Source: Eledone cirrhosa (Eukaryota). From it: a stretch of 64,000 bases of DNA. The notes beneath the pieces are model-generated. The model had not been told where the DNA came from and did not search any database. It saw only the letters and a program-made list of their open reading frames with translations. Positions 13,298 through 27,479 of the stretch are shown in pieces; positions within the stretch are counted from its first letter, which is position 1, and each line of letters begins with the position of its first letter. Location of the stretch: positions 281,170,001 through 281,234,000 of the forward strand of contig OZ024742.1 of the NCBI GenBank assembly GCA_964016885.1, given 5' to 3'. The translations under genes were made by a program, and so were the position numbers.

Positions 13298-16007
13298 TTT
13301 TCTTTATTTCGTTTGCCTGATTTCAATTGAAATAGACAAAAACAAGAGCAACACTCATTACGACATAAGTAGATTTTCCATGAATTGTACATATAATGGA
13401 GTAAATACTTTTCAAATTCCCATGAATCTATTATCATAATTTGATTTATTGTATTTTGCCAATTACAATACATAATTAAAACGATATATTGGTACAGCTT
13501 CTAAATCGACAACTTTAATTTTGTTTTTCATATTCCCTTCATTATTTTACCTTATACATAACCAATCATATATTGAAACTTGTGTTTCCCACAACCCAAT
13601 GGCCTCCAGAGATTAAACGAAACATTACTTTATTTATGAATAGTAAATCATGAACTGAAAATTATCAATTCATGAAAAGCTTTCGGTTAATAGATTAATA
13701 TATCTAGGTACATAAAACACACGAGCATTGATACACATTTGGTCAAAATTGAGGAAGTGGTAATGTGTTAACGTGCACATGTGTTAAACATAGTAATAAG
13801 AAAGACAAATATAGAGTTCTCACATATTACCCAACATTTACAAAGTGACAAACAATGTGTAACATTGAAGAAGTTACTTAACCTCTAAGAGATGGCTAGA
13901 AATAGAAGACAAATCTATATCATATCACTGAAGACAGAACAAGTCTGAAAAAGAGAGGAACTACTTGCCTTTGATCTTAGGTGATGAGCCTCAGCATGAC
14001 TGACCAGGAGCTAAACAATCAGCATCGTGCATACGATATTGTTGTTATTTACATAGTTCAAACATTACCTTTACGTGGTGTATCAGCGATTTATACTTCA
14101 TTTTACAAGTTGAGATTTAATCCGTTGAGTTTTTGTTGCTACGCACACGCGCACACATGTTCACATACATATATATATATACATATATAAATATATATAT
14201 ATACAAGCATATGTAAATTATATATATACTTACACATAGTTAAAAAAATAAATAAAAGTGCATGCTATAGTCGTACATACAGGATGGGCAACTAAAATGA
14301 GCTTGATAATTTAACAAGAAAAACAATGGTAATTATGAGCTCACGAAGAAACATTTATGTCGTCACTCAACTTGCTAGAAATAACAGCCTAATCATCTTC
14401 GTTAATTTTAGCCTTGGTTGACAAGCTGTTCATATAAAATTATAATAGGAATTCAAAAAGACAATTCTCGGTTTGATTGTCATCATTATGGCTGTGAACT
14501 TTTTTAAAATCTTTCGCTCTAATCAGGCGTTAGAGTCTTGTTAAAAAGGAACATTGAATAATGAATTAGCGTAACTATAAAAATGGAAAATTATTCGGTA
14601 TAAAATTATAAAATATGAACGAAAATTATTGCAATTGATTTAGATGCATGTAAAAGGAAATTGCTGATTTAAATTGCATAGCGGACGCCTTGACCATACA
14701 GCGATATCTGAAATTATTGTAATAATTGTTACTAGAAAAAGACCCTGGAATTGTGGTGGAGGAGATAGTAAATTATATCGACCCCAGAATGTGACTATTA
14801 CTTTATTTTGTCGAGGTCGGAAGGATGAAATACACACTTTACCTGGATGGACTCTCAACTCAAACTAAAAAGTCAAACCGCATGCATTAAAGGGACATAA
14901 TGAAGAAGGACAAAAATTCGGGGTTTCATAAAGAAAGTTTTAAATTAGGAATTACTTAATTAGGTGTTTTTCTACTATGAATCCGTCACTATCTTCACTA
15001 CACGGCCATCATAGCTTGACACAAATACCGACCAGTACTTAACTCCAGAGACCCGCTTTGACCAGGCATTTTCTTCATTATCTGTTCAAGAATTCCGAAA
15101 TACCTAACAACAACATTTTGAATTTCCTGCTGACAACACAACTCTACCAACACATGAACACGCACACATATATAAGCACCCAGATTAAAAACAAAGGCTC
15201 AAACACGCACACATACATATAAATAAGCACACATACCACATTGGCACATGAAAAAAAATATATATGTGCATACGCGTAGCCCTGCCTAAGCACTCAAGGA
15301 CTTACATATGAAACGAAATAGGGCTGATGTTTATCAGCCCTATTCACAGTTTGAATGCAGTTTCTAAACTGAAGAATAACTATTCCAACATATTGATAGA
15401 GCCATCATTACCAAAATACCTTTTCATGCATGCAATATTTTTTTTTTTATTGCACCATGCTGGTTCGATCAGAGATGGACACAATTTCTCCCAACCAACA
15501 TTTATAGTTGTTTATACCTTACAGAAATCCCTCCGATGAAAAGCTGTTCTAGTAATGATGACCATATCAATCTATTGGAGTTGTCAGATTTATTCTTTAG
15601 AAATAAAGCTAAAGAAATACGGTATGTTTATAAATAAGCATTTAGAAAGCCATATCTATAATTAAAAAAACATTGACAGTTAACGTCACCAAGCGTTGCT
15701 CGGCAGGAGCAAGTGCGACAATCGTCGATGCAATTTGAACTCAACTGGTACTCGTCAGAACGACGACTCTTGCCCTTGCAACTGCCGGAATTTATAAACA
15801 GCAAAAAATATATAGTTTTTTTAGCTTGTGTAAATGAGGTGATTAATCTCATTTGCATATGAAGCTGTATAAGGTGGCTCAACAAATCATAGAATAGAAT
15901 TAGAATTTAGTTCATATGCGAATGAGATTATTTACACAGACGAAAACACTATATACTTTCGCCTGTTTTCAAAGACCGGCAGTTGCAAGAGCGTAGAAGG
16001 GGGGAGG

Positions 16008-16051
16008 GTCGTCCTGACGAGACACATTTGAGTTCGAAATGCATCGACGAC
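16008..16051 (+). ncRNA. Minimal type I hammerhead ribozyme
   Basis: gtcgtc-CTGACGA-gacacatttgagttc-GAAA-tgca-TC-gacgac: 6-bp stem I, intact core, palindromic stem III (ATGCAT), AUC site; degenerate mirror copy at 15721-15764 (-). Confidence 0.8.
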
Positions 16052-16232
16052 TGTCCCCCTTGCTTCTGCTTAGCACCACTTGGTGCCGTTAGCTGCCAGT
16101 ATTTTTCATAGCAATGGCTTTCTAAATGTGTATTTACTAACACGCCGTATCTCTTTAGAAATGCGAAATTCAAATACATATTTGTATACAGCTATGTTCG
16201 AGGCTAAATTCTGATTCTATTATATATATATA

Positions 16233-17153
16233 CTAGCAGTAAAACTCGGCGTTGCTCGGGACTGCTCAGTAGCTGTGTTAAAGTTACAATGTTATGTTCC
16301 TTTCTTGGCTTAAAAACTATAGAGTCTACAGTGCAGACTTTCATGTGGTACTTTTGATTAATATTCCCTCAACCAACAGTATGCCTCATGAAGTTAAGAA
16401 AACATAACCATAACCCTAATATTAAAACAAAAGAGGATGCTGGGGATAAAAACTGCACTGGTAATCTATTAACAAAAATCGAAAATGTAAACACTGCAAC
16501 AGTTGTCTCAGAGAGAAGCATCAGCGTAACCAAACTATCAGTTATTTGGAAACAAAGAAATTGGATGGACATGAAACACAAAACAAAAAAATGGGTGATC
16601 TGTCGTTTAAAATCATTGCTTTTAAATGAAAATCTCATTAGGTTTTATTCGAGATCAATGCTTTTTTTTTACAAAATATTTGCTTGTTTTACGATGTATT
16701 CAAATAGGCTTGTTTTCAAGTAAAAATATTGTTTTAAAAGACTTTTTAATCGAAATGAAGCAAAATGGAAGCTTAATGTTGAAACTTCGACCTCATGAAT
16801 TTTGCAGGTTAAAATGTTGCTGGCCCGAAAACTGTTCGTGTATTTTTTGTACTTTTGCACGCGTCGTTTGCTCGTAACGTAAATAGATAAACAAATGACG
16901 CCATAAAAGGGAAATAACTCGTCTCTCATCTCTCTTTATACATTTGAACTGAAAAATGAATACATTACAAATTCGAGTTTTGCACTTGGCGTAGGTCGAT
17001 TTGAAATTGTTTTGACCGATGTCTCCGCCTGACCCTCATCTATAAGTGTAGCAATTTCACCGAAATTTGAACGTACGGTTTAGGAGGAGATGTGTGTCGA
17101 CCGTTTTAGTAGACAGAGAGACAGGCAGACAACCTCAGTTTTATATCTATAGA
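16233..17153 (-). mobile_element. Non-autonomous Helitron
   Basis: Minus strand starts TCtatagatataaaactgagg..gtctg and ends with hairpin cccgagcaacgccgag then CTAG|T; no TSD. Confidence 0.75.
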
Positions 17154-17903
17154 CTAGCAGAAAACCACCCGGTGGGCGGTTTTCTGCTAGCAAATCTAGT
17201 GTATATGCTGAAATTTTAATCATACTATTAGTTGTGAATAAGGAAATATTTTTTTATTGTCAAAACAAATGTTCAAAAGTTAAACTTCAATTTTTTGAAT
17301 TATTTCCAATTTTTTCATGAAATTGAACACTGGACATTGGCTGCTGGAAATGGAAATTAAATCGTATTTAATTGTATTTAAATTTCTAACCTTATTTTAT
17401 TATTTATATTTTTTCAGTAAGAAATAAAAAAAAATAAAATAAAAAATTGAAGAAAAAAATTGAACAAATCAAACGTAGGTTATGGAACTGCGCAATCTGA
17501 TTAATAAATTACCTCATCAGCAGCAACCTTCTTCAAATGGTCCTTATTATCAGCAGCAACAACTACAAATCCAATGGCAACCTTCTTCAAACCACACACT
17601 CAATGGAAACCTTCTTCGCATGGTGTCAAGTCACAACCGCCTCGAACTGGTTACTTCTGGCTTGTGCAGGGTGTCTCTATAGCAACCAGCGATTCCCTCG
17701 GCCTCAATGACCAAAGTCAGTGGAGAGGGGAAGGTAATAGCACGTGTTTTAGCGTCTATTCACTCTCTCCCTCTCCCTCTCTCCCTCCCGCTATCCCCCT
17801 CTCGTAGTCTGTCTCTTTCTTTCACTCTCACTCTCTCTCTACGCACGTGTTTCCACTGTCGGACAGACATACAGGGAAATTGCTGGTTATATATATAAGT
17901 AAA
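17154..17903 (-). mobile_element. Non-autonomous Helitron family A, copy 1
   Basis: Near-identical inverted copy at 61202-62104; 3' hairpin plus CTAG abutting the TC of the neighbouring Helitron. Confidence 0.78.
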
Positions 17904-17992
17904 TGTATATATACATAAGCCTTTCGCCACAGTTTAATCTTTCGTAATTCTCAAAACCAAAATATGTTTTTCCATCGTTCCCACACCCACCT

Positions 17993-18063
<71 letters not shown>

Positions 18064-18246
18064 ATCTCTCTCTCTCTCTTTATATATATATATATACATC
18101 TCTTTCTTTCCCATCATATGCATTAGACTCTTTTTCTTTCAATCTCTCCCTTCATCCTTCTTATTTTAACCCGACTCTTTTTTATGTATAATAGCTGCTG
18201 GCAGTTTTACAGCTATTTATGTGTTTCAGATGCAATCAATCTTATG

Positions 18247-18329
<83 letters not shown>

Positions 18330-19148
18330 GAAACTTAGGAAAATTAACAAAGAAAAGACAACGAACGAAATCAAGGCAAACGTAAATCATTGTTGAATGG
18401 AAAAATCTGAACAATCTTTTAAAAAATAAAATACAAATGAAAGACACAGGACTCCTAGTTTTGCAGCCCTTGACATGGACTTCTAGCAGTTTCGATACCT
18501 ACTGATAGTACTACTGTTCCATCCGGGTCAAGGCGTCTGACACAAGTCGAAAAGCATGGAGTGAGAGTCAAATCAAAACAATAACTTATAGCAATTGAGC
18601 TATAACATGCCCTCGTACAATATCATGTGATGACTTGTAGAATATCTTGTGATTTTTATAGCACAAATGTCTCGTGAGACTGAACAAAGGAAAAGAGAAG
18701 AAAGAAAAAAGAAAAAGGAAGGTTAAAGGGAAAGAAGTCAAGAAGAAAGTAAGATATTGTGTTAAAAATGTAAACCATTGGCATTATTTGGAAGGAGAGA
18801 AAACACGTCCGTCACAGATTAGTAGTAATAAACTGAGTAAGATTTAAAAAAAAAGACTTGTAGACACTTGAGTTACTTCCACTTAATACCAAAAATATCA
18901 AATGTATTTTCACATTATTACCTCCCTGCTATCTGATGAGATCTCATATATGTAATAACGCTCCGCTATCTTTGTTTTTGTCTGAAGATAACTAAACTAG
19001 CAGATATAGAACGCCTATTTGTTATGCAGGTTGAAGGTTGAAATATTACTCTCAATTGAATTGTGTTGAGATCTTATTTATATGATATATTTTTGTCTCT
19101 GTATATTACATAGAACGCTTTTCTCCTTGATCGCTACCTCGGAAACTA

Positions 19149-19240
<92 letters not shown>

Positions 19241-20029
19241 TCACATATATATATATATTTACATCGTCAAATTGAGATTTGACCACTATAACATTTGTTG
19301 TTTTGTAAACTAACTTTCGGCGAATACTATGTTGGTATATTTATATTTTTTCTTTCACCTCGCGTCGGTGTGTGTGAGTGTGTGTAAGATAGATTTCCCT
19401 CAATATTAAATTCGCTACATAGCTTACTCGATTCTGCTTTAGATTTCACTCTAGAAAGTTAACAGAAACCGCAATATCATACTCAATAACCATGCTTTCC
19501 TCCTAATAACTTTATCTCACATACTTTGCATATAAATAAGGCACTATTTTAAACGGCATATATTAAAACTATTTTTTCTTGATTCAGATTTCAATACTGC
19601 AGTTAAATTAACCTTCAGATATAATTTGTTTGTTAAGAATTAATTCTGACGTTCTATCCCCACTTTTCATTATTTTTCAAATCTATTCTTGATGAAAAAT
19701 TATGCTAAAACACTTATAATTTCTTGCCAATATATATTAACAAAATTACATAAAAACTTCCACATTGTTTTGTAATATGACAAAACGAAACGAAAGGAAA
19801 CCATTGAATGTCATCAGATTAAATAAATATATTATTCTCTGATATTTGTATTATGTTCGTCTTAAAGGCGTAATTATTATTTTTTTGTTCCGTTGAAAAA
19901 CATACTCCCTCTCTTCAATAAATTCTTCGTATCTCTCTCGCTCTCTCCTCTTTGCACACACACACATAGTCAGATACACACACAAATTCACACATACATA
20001 TGCATATAAATACATATATATATATATAT

Positions 20030-20690
20030 TTACGATATTAACAAATGGAAACTATATTTATAAAACCATATTTATTTCATTATACATATTTCAAGGATAC
20101 CAAGTTAAATTATGGTATGCCTTCATCAGACAAAATACAATATATACCAGTTTTATAAATAAACATTGACGTATCCTTTCAAAATGCGACCGTTACTTTT
20201 GGAAGACATCAGGATAGTGGTTTGTTTATATTAGTAAATCGTAGTGTTAAGGATAAGTAAAAAAGACGGACAGAGAGAGAGAAAAGAAAGGGAGAGATAA
20301 ATAAAGAAAAAGAGGAAAGAAAAAAGAAAAAAGAAAACAGAGGAAAACAACAGAAAGATATCAAACCACCAGACAGAGAGAAAAAACTCAAGAGAGAGAA
20401 ATATAGAGATAGAGAGAGGGGGAGAGAACGAAAACCTTAAGTCATGTCATATTAAGTTGAGTTAACAATTGAGATGAAATGAATAAATAAAATTAGAAAT
20501 ATTAATATTCATGAATGGAATATACGTATATAATATGAGAAATTAATCATTGTTTAATTATGATTAGATATTTAGTTTAAAAATTGAGATCAATATATTA
20601 AAAATTGGAATTTAAACATCTCAAAATCTATATATTGCCAGAGAAATTACCTATCGTATAGCACGTAAACATAGGGAAAGATACATAAAT
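20030..20690 (-). mobile_element. PLE 3' terminal (pLTR) fragment
   Basis: Terminal ~200 bp resembles the 3' end of the PLE at 54232-56815; contains a hammerhead. Confidence 0.6.
20073..20137 (-). ncRNA. Type I hammerhead ribozyme
   Basis: Minus strand: tattttgt-CTGATGA-aggcatacca..tggtatcctt-GAAA-tatgta-TA-atgaaata; stem I with G-U pairs, ~10-bp stem II. Confidence 0.72.
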
Positions 20691-20789
20691 ATATATATAC
20701 ACACACACACTCAGAAAATACACATTATATCTACTCCCGCATATAATATATACATACAAAGCATAAGTGATTTTTTTTATTACCAAATT

Positions 20790-23700
20790 TGCCATCTACA
20801 AAAAGATTAACCCTATTGTGTGCAAAACGGAGCTGGAAAAGTGTTTCACAAAAATACGTTGGAATGCAAAAGTAAACAACAACAACAACAATAATAACGG
20901 TAGTAGTAATATAAACAATAACTCTGAGTATAGAAATAACAGCCATAACAATAACAATAGCAGGAGAGTGAGAAATAGTAATAGTGGTAATAATACTAAC
21001 GATAGACAGAACAACAACAACAACCACAATAATAATAATAATAATAGAAACATTAACCCCAGACACAGCAGCAGCGACCACAGTAGTAATAACGGTAACA
21101 ATACGAACAACAACAACAATAACCACAGTGGTAATAATGGAAATAATACATGTAGCAACATTAATGATAGACACAACAAAAACAAGAAACATAATAAAAG
21201 TAACAACCACAATGGTAGAAATAACAGTAACAACAACAATAACGGTGAAGTAAACAACAATACATCTAGCAATCATAACAATAATAATAATGCTAATGAT
21301 ATGAACAACAACAACCACCATGATAACAATAATAGCAACACACACAACTATGACGATAGATATAATGACAACCCCTTAGAGAAACTATTTTTCAACCCAG
21401 CTGACAAAACATATAAGATGGGTAATATCTATCCTACGAGGTTACCCTTTAATAAAATAGTTTGCATACCACAACAAATAGATGACGAGACAGAGGCACA
21501 GTTCACCATAGCTAGAAATAAGATTAGACAAATAGTAGACCGGTATACTAAGAGACAGAGCAGACCAGAGGTCCAACAACTTGGGAGGAAACCTGTAGAA
21601 GGCTTGGTTAGCCTCAAGCAGCGCACAAGGGATGGTGAGGTAGTATGTCTACCCACGGATAAGTCTGGTAGGATGTCAATAGATAGCATGCCGAACTACA
21701 CCAAGGCTATGCAACCCCACATCACCAACACGAGCGAAATTGCACAGCAAACACATGATGGGAGAGAGAAAATCATCAACGCTCACATGATGATGTGGAC
21801 TGATATCCTAAAGCCAAGCAAACGCACTGCCAACAACTTCCAGGCGTCTAACCTTGTATGGGCATACCACCCTTGTATGGGCATACCACCCTTGTATGGG
21901 CAAAGTCCACAAGACAGTCGATGACCCGACAACAGGACCACCAACAAGACTCGTATGCGGAGCTAACATAGCTAGCAACTACAGGATCTCCTACTTCCTC
22001 TCAATGGTTATACGCCCCATAATCAAGATGTCCCCAGATGTATGACAGTACAGAGGACCTCCTCAGCAGAATCAGTGAGTGCAACAAAAACAGGAACCTA
22101 TCCAACTGCATAATAGGCAGCATGGAGGTGGTATCACTGTACCCATCCATTAACATTGATTTTGCTGTGGAAAAATGTGTGGAGATGATCATTGAGAGTG
22201 AGGTGGAGTTCTGCGACGTCGAGACAGACGAACTGGGCCTCCTACTTAGACTTACCTACGACACTGAGTACCTAGACAGCCATGACCTTAGACGTTTCTG
22301 CCCTAGTAGACCCATAAGAGGTAGACCACCCACCATAACCTCAATGGCAAAAAAGACTCCCATGGGAAGGTGGATTGGGTGGACCAAGCTATACGGACCC
22401 CCCAAAACAATGATCAGGTAAGAAAAATGGTCGTACATGCAATAGGGGCTAGTATCAAAACTACCCTAAAGGGCCCATATTCATGTTCAACGAGAAGATC
22501 TACACCCAAAATGAGGGAGCAGCCATTGGCGTCAGCATAGCTGGTGATGTTGCCAACCTTTTCATGGTATGATGGGAAAGGAGACTTAAAGATCTCCTTA
22601 ATGAGAGCTCCATAGACCTCATCATGTACTGTCGTTATGTAGACGATATCAATATAGTTATAAGAACATCCCCACTAGAGAGCACTAACAAGTTTGATTT
22701 AGAACGTAGCACAATGGAAAGCATCCAGCAGATAGCTAATTCCATACACCAGAGTATAACTGTAACTATCGACTTCCCTTCCAAACACCCTAACAATAGA
22801 CTACCTGTATTAGACACGGAACTCTAGATTAACACTATAGACGAGAGAGCCCAAATTCTCCACTCACACTATGCTAAACCCATGGCATCCAAATACCTGA
22901 TACTCAAAAGCTCAGCAATGTCCAGTAGTGCTAAGTTTAATATTCTGATCGCAGATTTTGTACGAGTGATGAAAAATGTGTCCCGCATGTGCGACCCAAC
23001 AGAAATGGAAAGACACATCCAACACTTCATCAACCGCATGCAGTTCCCTGGCTACAACCAAAGAGACAGAGTCAGAGTATACAAAGGAGCCATGGAGAAG
23101 TATAAGACCCTCATAGAACTGGACATGAAAGGAATTTGCCCATTATACAGGAGAAAATCATGGAATAGCTTAGATAGGGCTAGACATAAGATAGGGAAAG
23201 CCACCTCATGGTACGACAACCAGAGATACCAGAGTGTCATGTTTGTGGCCGCTACCCCTGGAGGGAAATTAGTTAACCAGTGTAGAAAGGCCCTAATAAA
23301 GAGCAACTTAAAGATTAAGGTGGTAGAAAAGCCAGGAACCACCATAAAATCCCTGATCAGCAAAACCTACCCTTTTAAGAAAACCCACTGTACTAATAGG
23401 AAATGTATCATATGTAAGGTAAACCCCCGGATAAACTGTAAAACTAGAAACGTAGTCTATAGCATAAGATGTACAGAGGGTATTTGCAGAAACATGACAA
23501 CAACATACATAGGTGAGACAGCTCGTAACATAGGTGAAAGGATAGACCAACACTGGGATGGGGGGGGGGGGGGGGACTAAAAGGACGAAAAAACGGGTCA
23601 GTACTATACGAACATGCCAGACAACAACACGATGATAACATAGACAACATAGAAATTAGAATAATATCTAAACATAGAAATGACCCAGCAGATAGGCAAA

Positions 23701-24343
23701 TCAGAGAGGCCAGTGAAATAGAACTTAGAAGGCCAAGACTAAACAGAAAGAATGAATGGAATAACAACAACACCCAAACAAACAACACTGACCCAAGAGA
23801 AGTATAAATAAATAAATAAATAGATAAATAAATAAATACATACACAAGCACAATAACAACAAACACATATAAACACACACTAGTCACCCAATCACGAACA
23901 CACCTCAAACAAAACACTATACACACACGCAAACGTATGCGCAAAGAAGACAAACTAAAATAAACAAACAAACAAATAAATAAATAAATATATAGACAGA
24001 CTAGATAAAAATGGCGTAGACATACAATGTAACGGGAGGAAACAATAGCACCACTGACGAGGTTGCAGATGTGCAACGAAAGAACTTTGATAAACTATAT
24101 ATATGTGTTTGTGTCTATATTGTATCTGTATTATTTTTGACCGTCGGTCAGTCAATGGCAACATTGAGGACCGAATAAATTAGATTACCGATATAAAAGA
24201 CACAGAAACGAAAAGCGAAAACCAACCAAACAGTGAGTGTGTTCTGTTATTAATTATGGCAATATTACACAAATATGACCCTCCCCAAGTATAACAATAT
24301 TTGTTTCGACACACGATTTCATATAAAAAACATCGCAAAACTA

Positions 24344-24345
<2 letters not shown>
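20790..24345 (+). mobile_element. Penelope-like element (RT + C-terminal GIY-YIG), decayed
   Basis: PTDKSG, PPLYG.KVHK, EVVSLYPSI, YTQNEGAAIG, YCRYVDDI, LPVLD, KPMAS, Cys-rich linker CTNRKCIIC, VVYSIRC...YIGET..R..H; 3' UTR with hammerhead-like core at 24054-24081. Confidence 0.92.
21852..21902 (+). repeat. 19-bp tandem duplication (ccttgtatgggcataccac, ~2.7 copies) inside the PLE RT
   Basis: Direct reading; coincides with a frameshift at the PPLYG motif. Confidence 0.9.
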
Positions 24346-24417
<72 letters not shown>

Positions 24418-24439
24418 GTAGGGTTGCAAGGAAAAATAA

Positions 24440-24488
<49 letters not shown>

Positions 24489-25418
24489 CATACATTATCG
24501 GAGAAAGCTTTTTTGCGATACTCCGGCCAAATCCCAACTCACTCAACGAACATTAGTAAATAAGTGAGTATATACCTAATTAAACGTTCGGTGTGCTAAC
24601 TAAATGTATTGTGTGGAAAATTGACTGTATTATTTCATATGAGACATATCGAATATATCTCTTCCCAGACGGACGTCTCGTTTCATTATAAGATTCCTAC
24701 AATTTGGGTGAAATTATACCAATTTATGTAGGAGCTTGTATAAGATCAACAGATATATATTCAAGTGGGCTCTTATAATTCATCAGTTGGTGCCCAATAA
24801 TACTAATATTGATAATCTAACCAATATCAGTATTTAGCGATAATCAGCATCAGTGCCTGGGGTATTTGTTAGGTTGCTACTCCACCAGTTCTAAAGAAAT
24901 ACTCAAACTGATTAAAAAATTAGGAAGTATATTACCGCTAAAAAAACAATGCATGCGAAGGACAATGAATTCTAAAAGGAATTCAGGCCACGTGCTAGAA
25001 CTCAATTGGAATATATATTTCACGTACGTTTTTAAATAATTTATTCCATTTCATTTCGCGAGGCGAAACCTTACTGTCAGAATATGTGAATGGTAATGTT
25101 AAACGTTAAGTAGCTGTCAGTATATCACAACAATAATGGTTATATTTAAAGGCATATACACGGTTCAGGTTTTTAAAACGAGGTCTCTATTAGATCAATA
25201 TAATGTTTTTAAGAGACGGAAACATAGATGACAGACAAAGTAGTGATCAGCAATTACCGACCGTAATCATTTGTTATACACCTTGTTATCTTGCATAACA
25301 TTAATGGATACACTATTTGTCATATCTACACTAGCAGTAGTTTATTTATCTCTTATATATATTAACATACATATCAATACATGTATGTACATATGTATGT
25401 GTTATATATATATGTATG

Positions 25419-25452
<34 letters not shown>

Positions 25453-25570
25453 ACAAAGGAATTATGGTAAGGAACCAGATGGACCATAACGCACCAGAGT
25501 ACTCAATACTTAGGGTAGTAGAGTGGGAATTAGGAAAAGTATGACCGTCGGAGTCATACTTTTTCCTATA

Positions 25571-25795
<225 letters not shown>

Positions 25796-25816
25796 TATAT
25801 ATATATATATATATAT

Positions 25817-26400
25817 AAAACATGATAAGAAAGAAGAATACTGTGTGGTTGCACATGGGTTACATATGGTAAAAATAGTCCTTCGGCAGTGATTTTCCAA
25901 CAATCATTGGTATTTCATCGCATTAAAAAAATCATATACCTCAGGTTTAGTTATTGCGAGCAATAACTAAAAAAAGTTATTGGGACCAGTAAATCGCGTA
26001 AAGCGAGAGGGACAAGTAAACAACTTAGAAGGATAAAAGGAAACCAAAGAAAGGGAAAAAAACAAGCAACATGGTTGTCCGGTCAGCATAAGCTGGGTGG
26101 ATTTCATGAGCGAAAGGTACAGACCGTCCAACGTGAGTGAGATATAAGCAAGAAGAGACCCACTACAAGCTAAACGGGAGGAAGTGAGAAGGGGAGAAAC
26201 AGAGAGTGAGTTAGTGGAAGTGCGAGGAAGAGGTCAGTCGAGAGAAAGTGTAACTAACACAGGGGGCGAAAGAATGAGAAACAGAGAGAACGGAGAAGCA
26301 GTAGAGAGAAACAGACAAACGCAGCCAAGGTAAATATATATTAAAAAACATGAGAAGAAAGAAGAATACTGTGTGGTTGCACATGGGTTACATATGATAC
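25817..26400 (-). mobile_element. Short non-coding repeat with ~50-bp direct terminal repeat (PLE pLTR-like)
   Basis: aaaacatga(t/g)aagaaagaagaatactgtgtggttgcacatgggttacatatg at 25817 and 26345; related sequence at ~45985-46370 (+). Confidence 0.55.
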
Positions 26401-26435
26401 ACATATGATAAAATATATATATATATATATATATA

Positions 26436-26660
26436 TATTTATTAAAATAACAGATTAAAATTTAAGCAAAGAATCGCTGCTTTCTCCCTTAACGAGATCT
26501 TCAGAAGATCCCGTTAAGGGTGAAAGCACCGATTCTTTGCTTAAACTTTAATCTGTTATTTTAATAAATATTTGCTCTACGGTTCTTATATATCTGATAT
26601 ATATTTATCATTATCGAGCCCTCTTTGGATTTTAGTCTTCAAATTTATTATTATTACTGT
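26436..26660. repeat. Foldback of a short repeat family (also 50215-50380, 62465-62525)
   Basis: Arms of ~65 bp centred on tcttc-a-gaaga at ~26504, flanked by (TA)n. Confidence 0.75.
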
Positions 26661-26964
26661 ATATGATGTTTATATATGTATATATATTATTAGAAAGTGA
26701 GGTTTTTTTTACAAAATGAAAAATAGCCGAGGTGTCCTACACGAGTGAATGTGAGAAAAGCTACAGACCCTACATCTGAATTCTACTTTTGAAAAGCAGA
26801 AGAACTGCAAAACCGGTAAAGGAACCAAATAAATATATATATATATTTTTAAATAAGACTCCAGTTGCATTTTAGATTTCATCTTTTTTTCTTTATGTTT
26901 AAATATATATATATATATATATAGACACCCCCCACAACACATATATATATTTATATATATATAC

Positions 26965-26996
<32 letters not shown>

Positions 26997-27042
26997 GTCT
27001 ATATATATATATGTAGACACCCCCACAACACATGTATATATT

Positions 27043-27128
<86 letters not shown>

Positions 27129-27479
27129 TGTCTGTATGTATGTGTGTGTATGTGTGTGTGTATCTCTGTGTGTGCATACATGTGTGTGTGTGTATGTCTT
27201 TATTTCACTTTATTTTTTCTCGTGGGAAATAGTGATGTTATGGAAATAAAGTTCTAAAGTTTCGAACCATATATACGCTCATGCAGATGCGTAGACTTGT
27301 GGCGGGCTTATTGGGTACGTCATTCGCTGCCTAAAAGCAGCGTGAAGGGGATATATAATTGACTCGGTGTCTTTTCATTTCGCACGATACTATCAATACG
27401 TATCCAGTAATAAAATGATTTTAGACGTGGGTATACGGGTAACCCAGAAACAGAAGCTCAGACGTAACAGCTGTAGCAT

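Noticed and set aside
13928-13960. ctgaaga..gaaa motif (also ctgatga at 10913 (-), 18933, 24781 (-), 46276)
   Set aside because: Lacks a compatible cleavage triplet and stem I
20731-21345. Hydrophobic poly-Leu/Val/Ile ORFs on the minus strand
   Set aside because: Antisense shadow of the Asn-rich PLE tract
22041-22827. In-frame stops in the PLE RT as possible selenocysteine codons (as in some Naiad PLEs)
   Set aside because: TGA at ~22570 and TAG at ~22825 fall at likely Trp positions, the 22043 TGA coincides with a frameshift, and no convincing SECIS was seen in the 3' UTR
26495-26545. c(t/a)gaaga-tcccgttaagggt-gaaa as a hammerhead
   Set aside because: Other copies read CAGA, and no stem III/NUH or stem I can be formed
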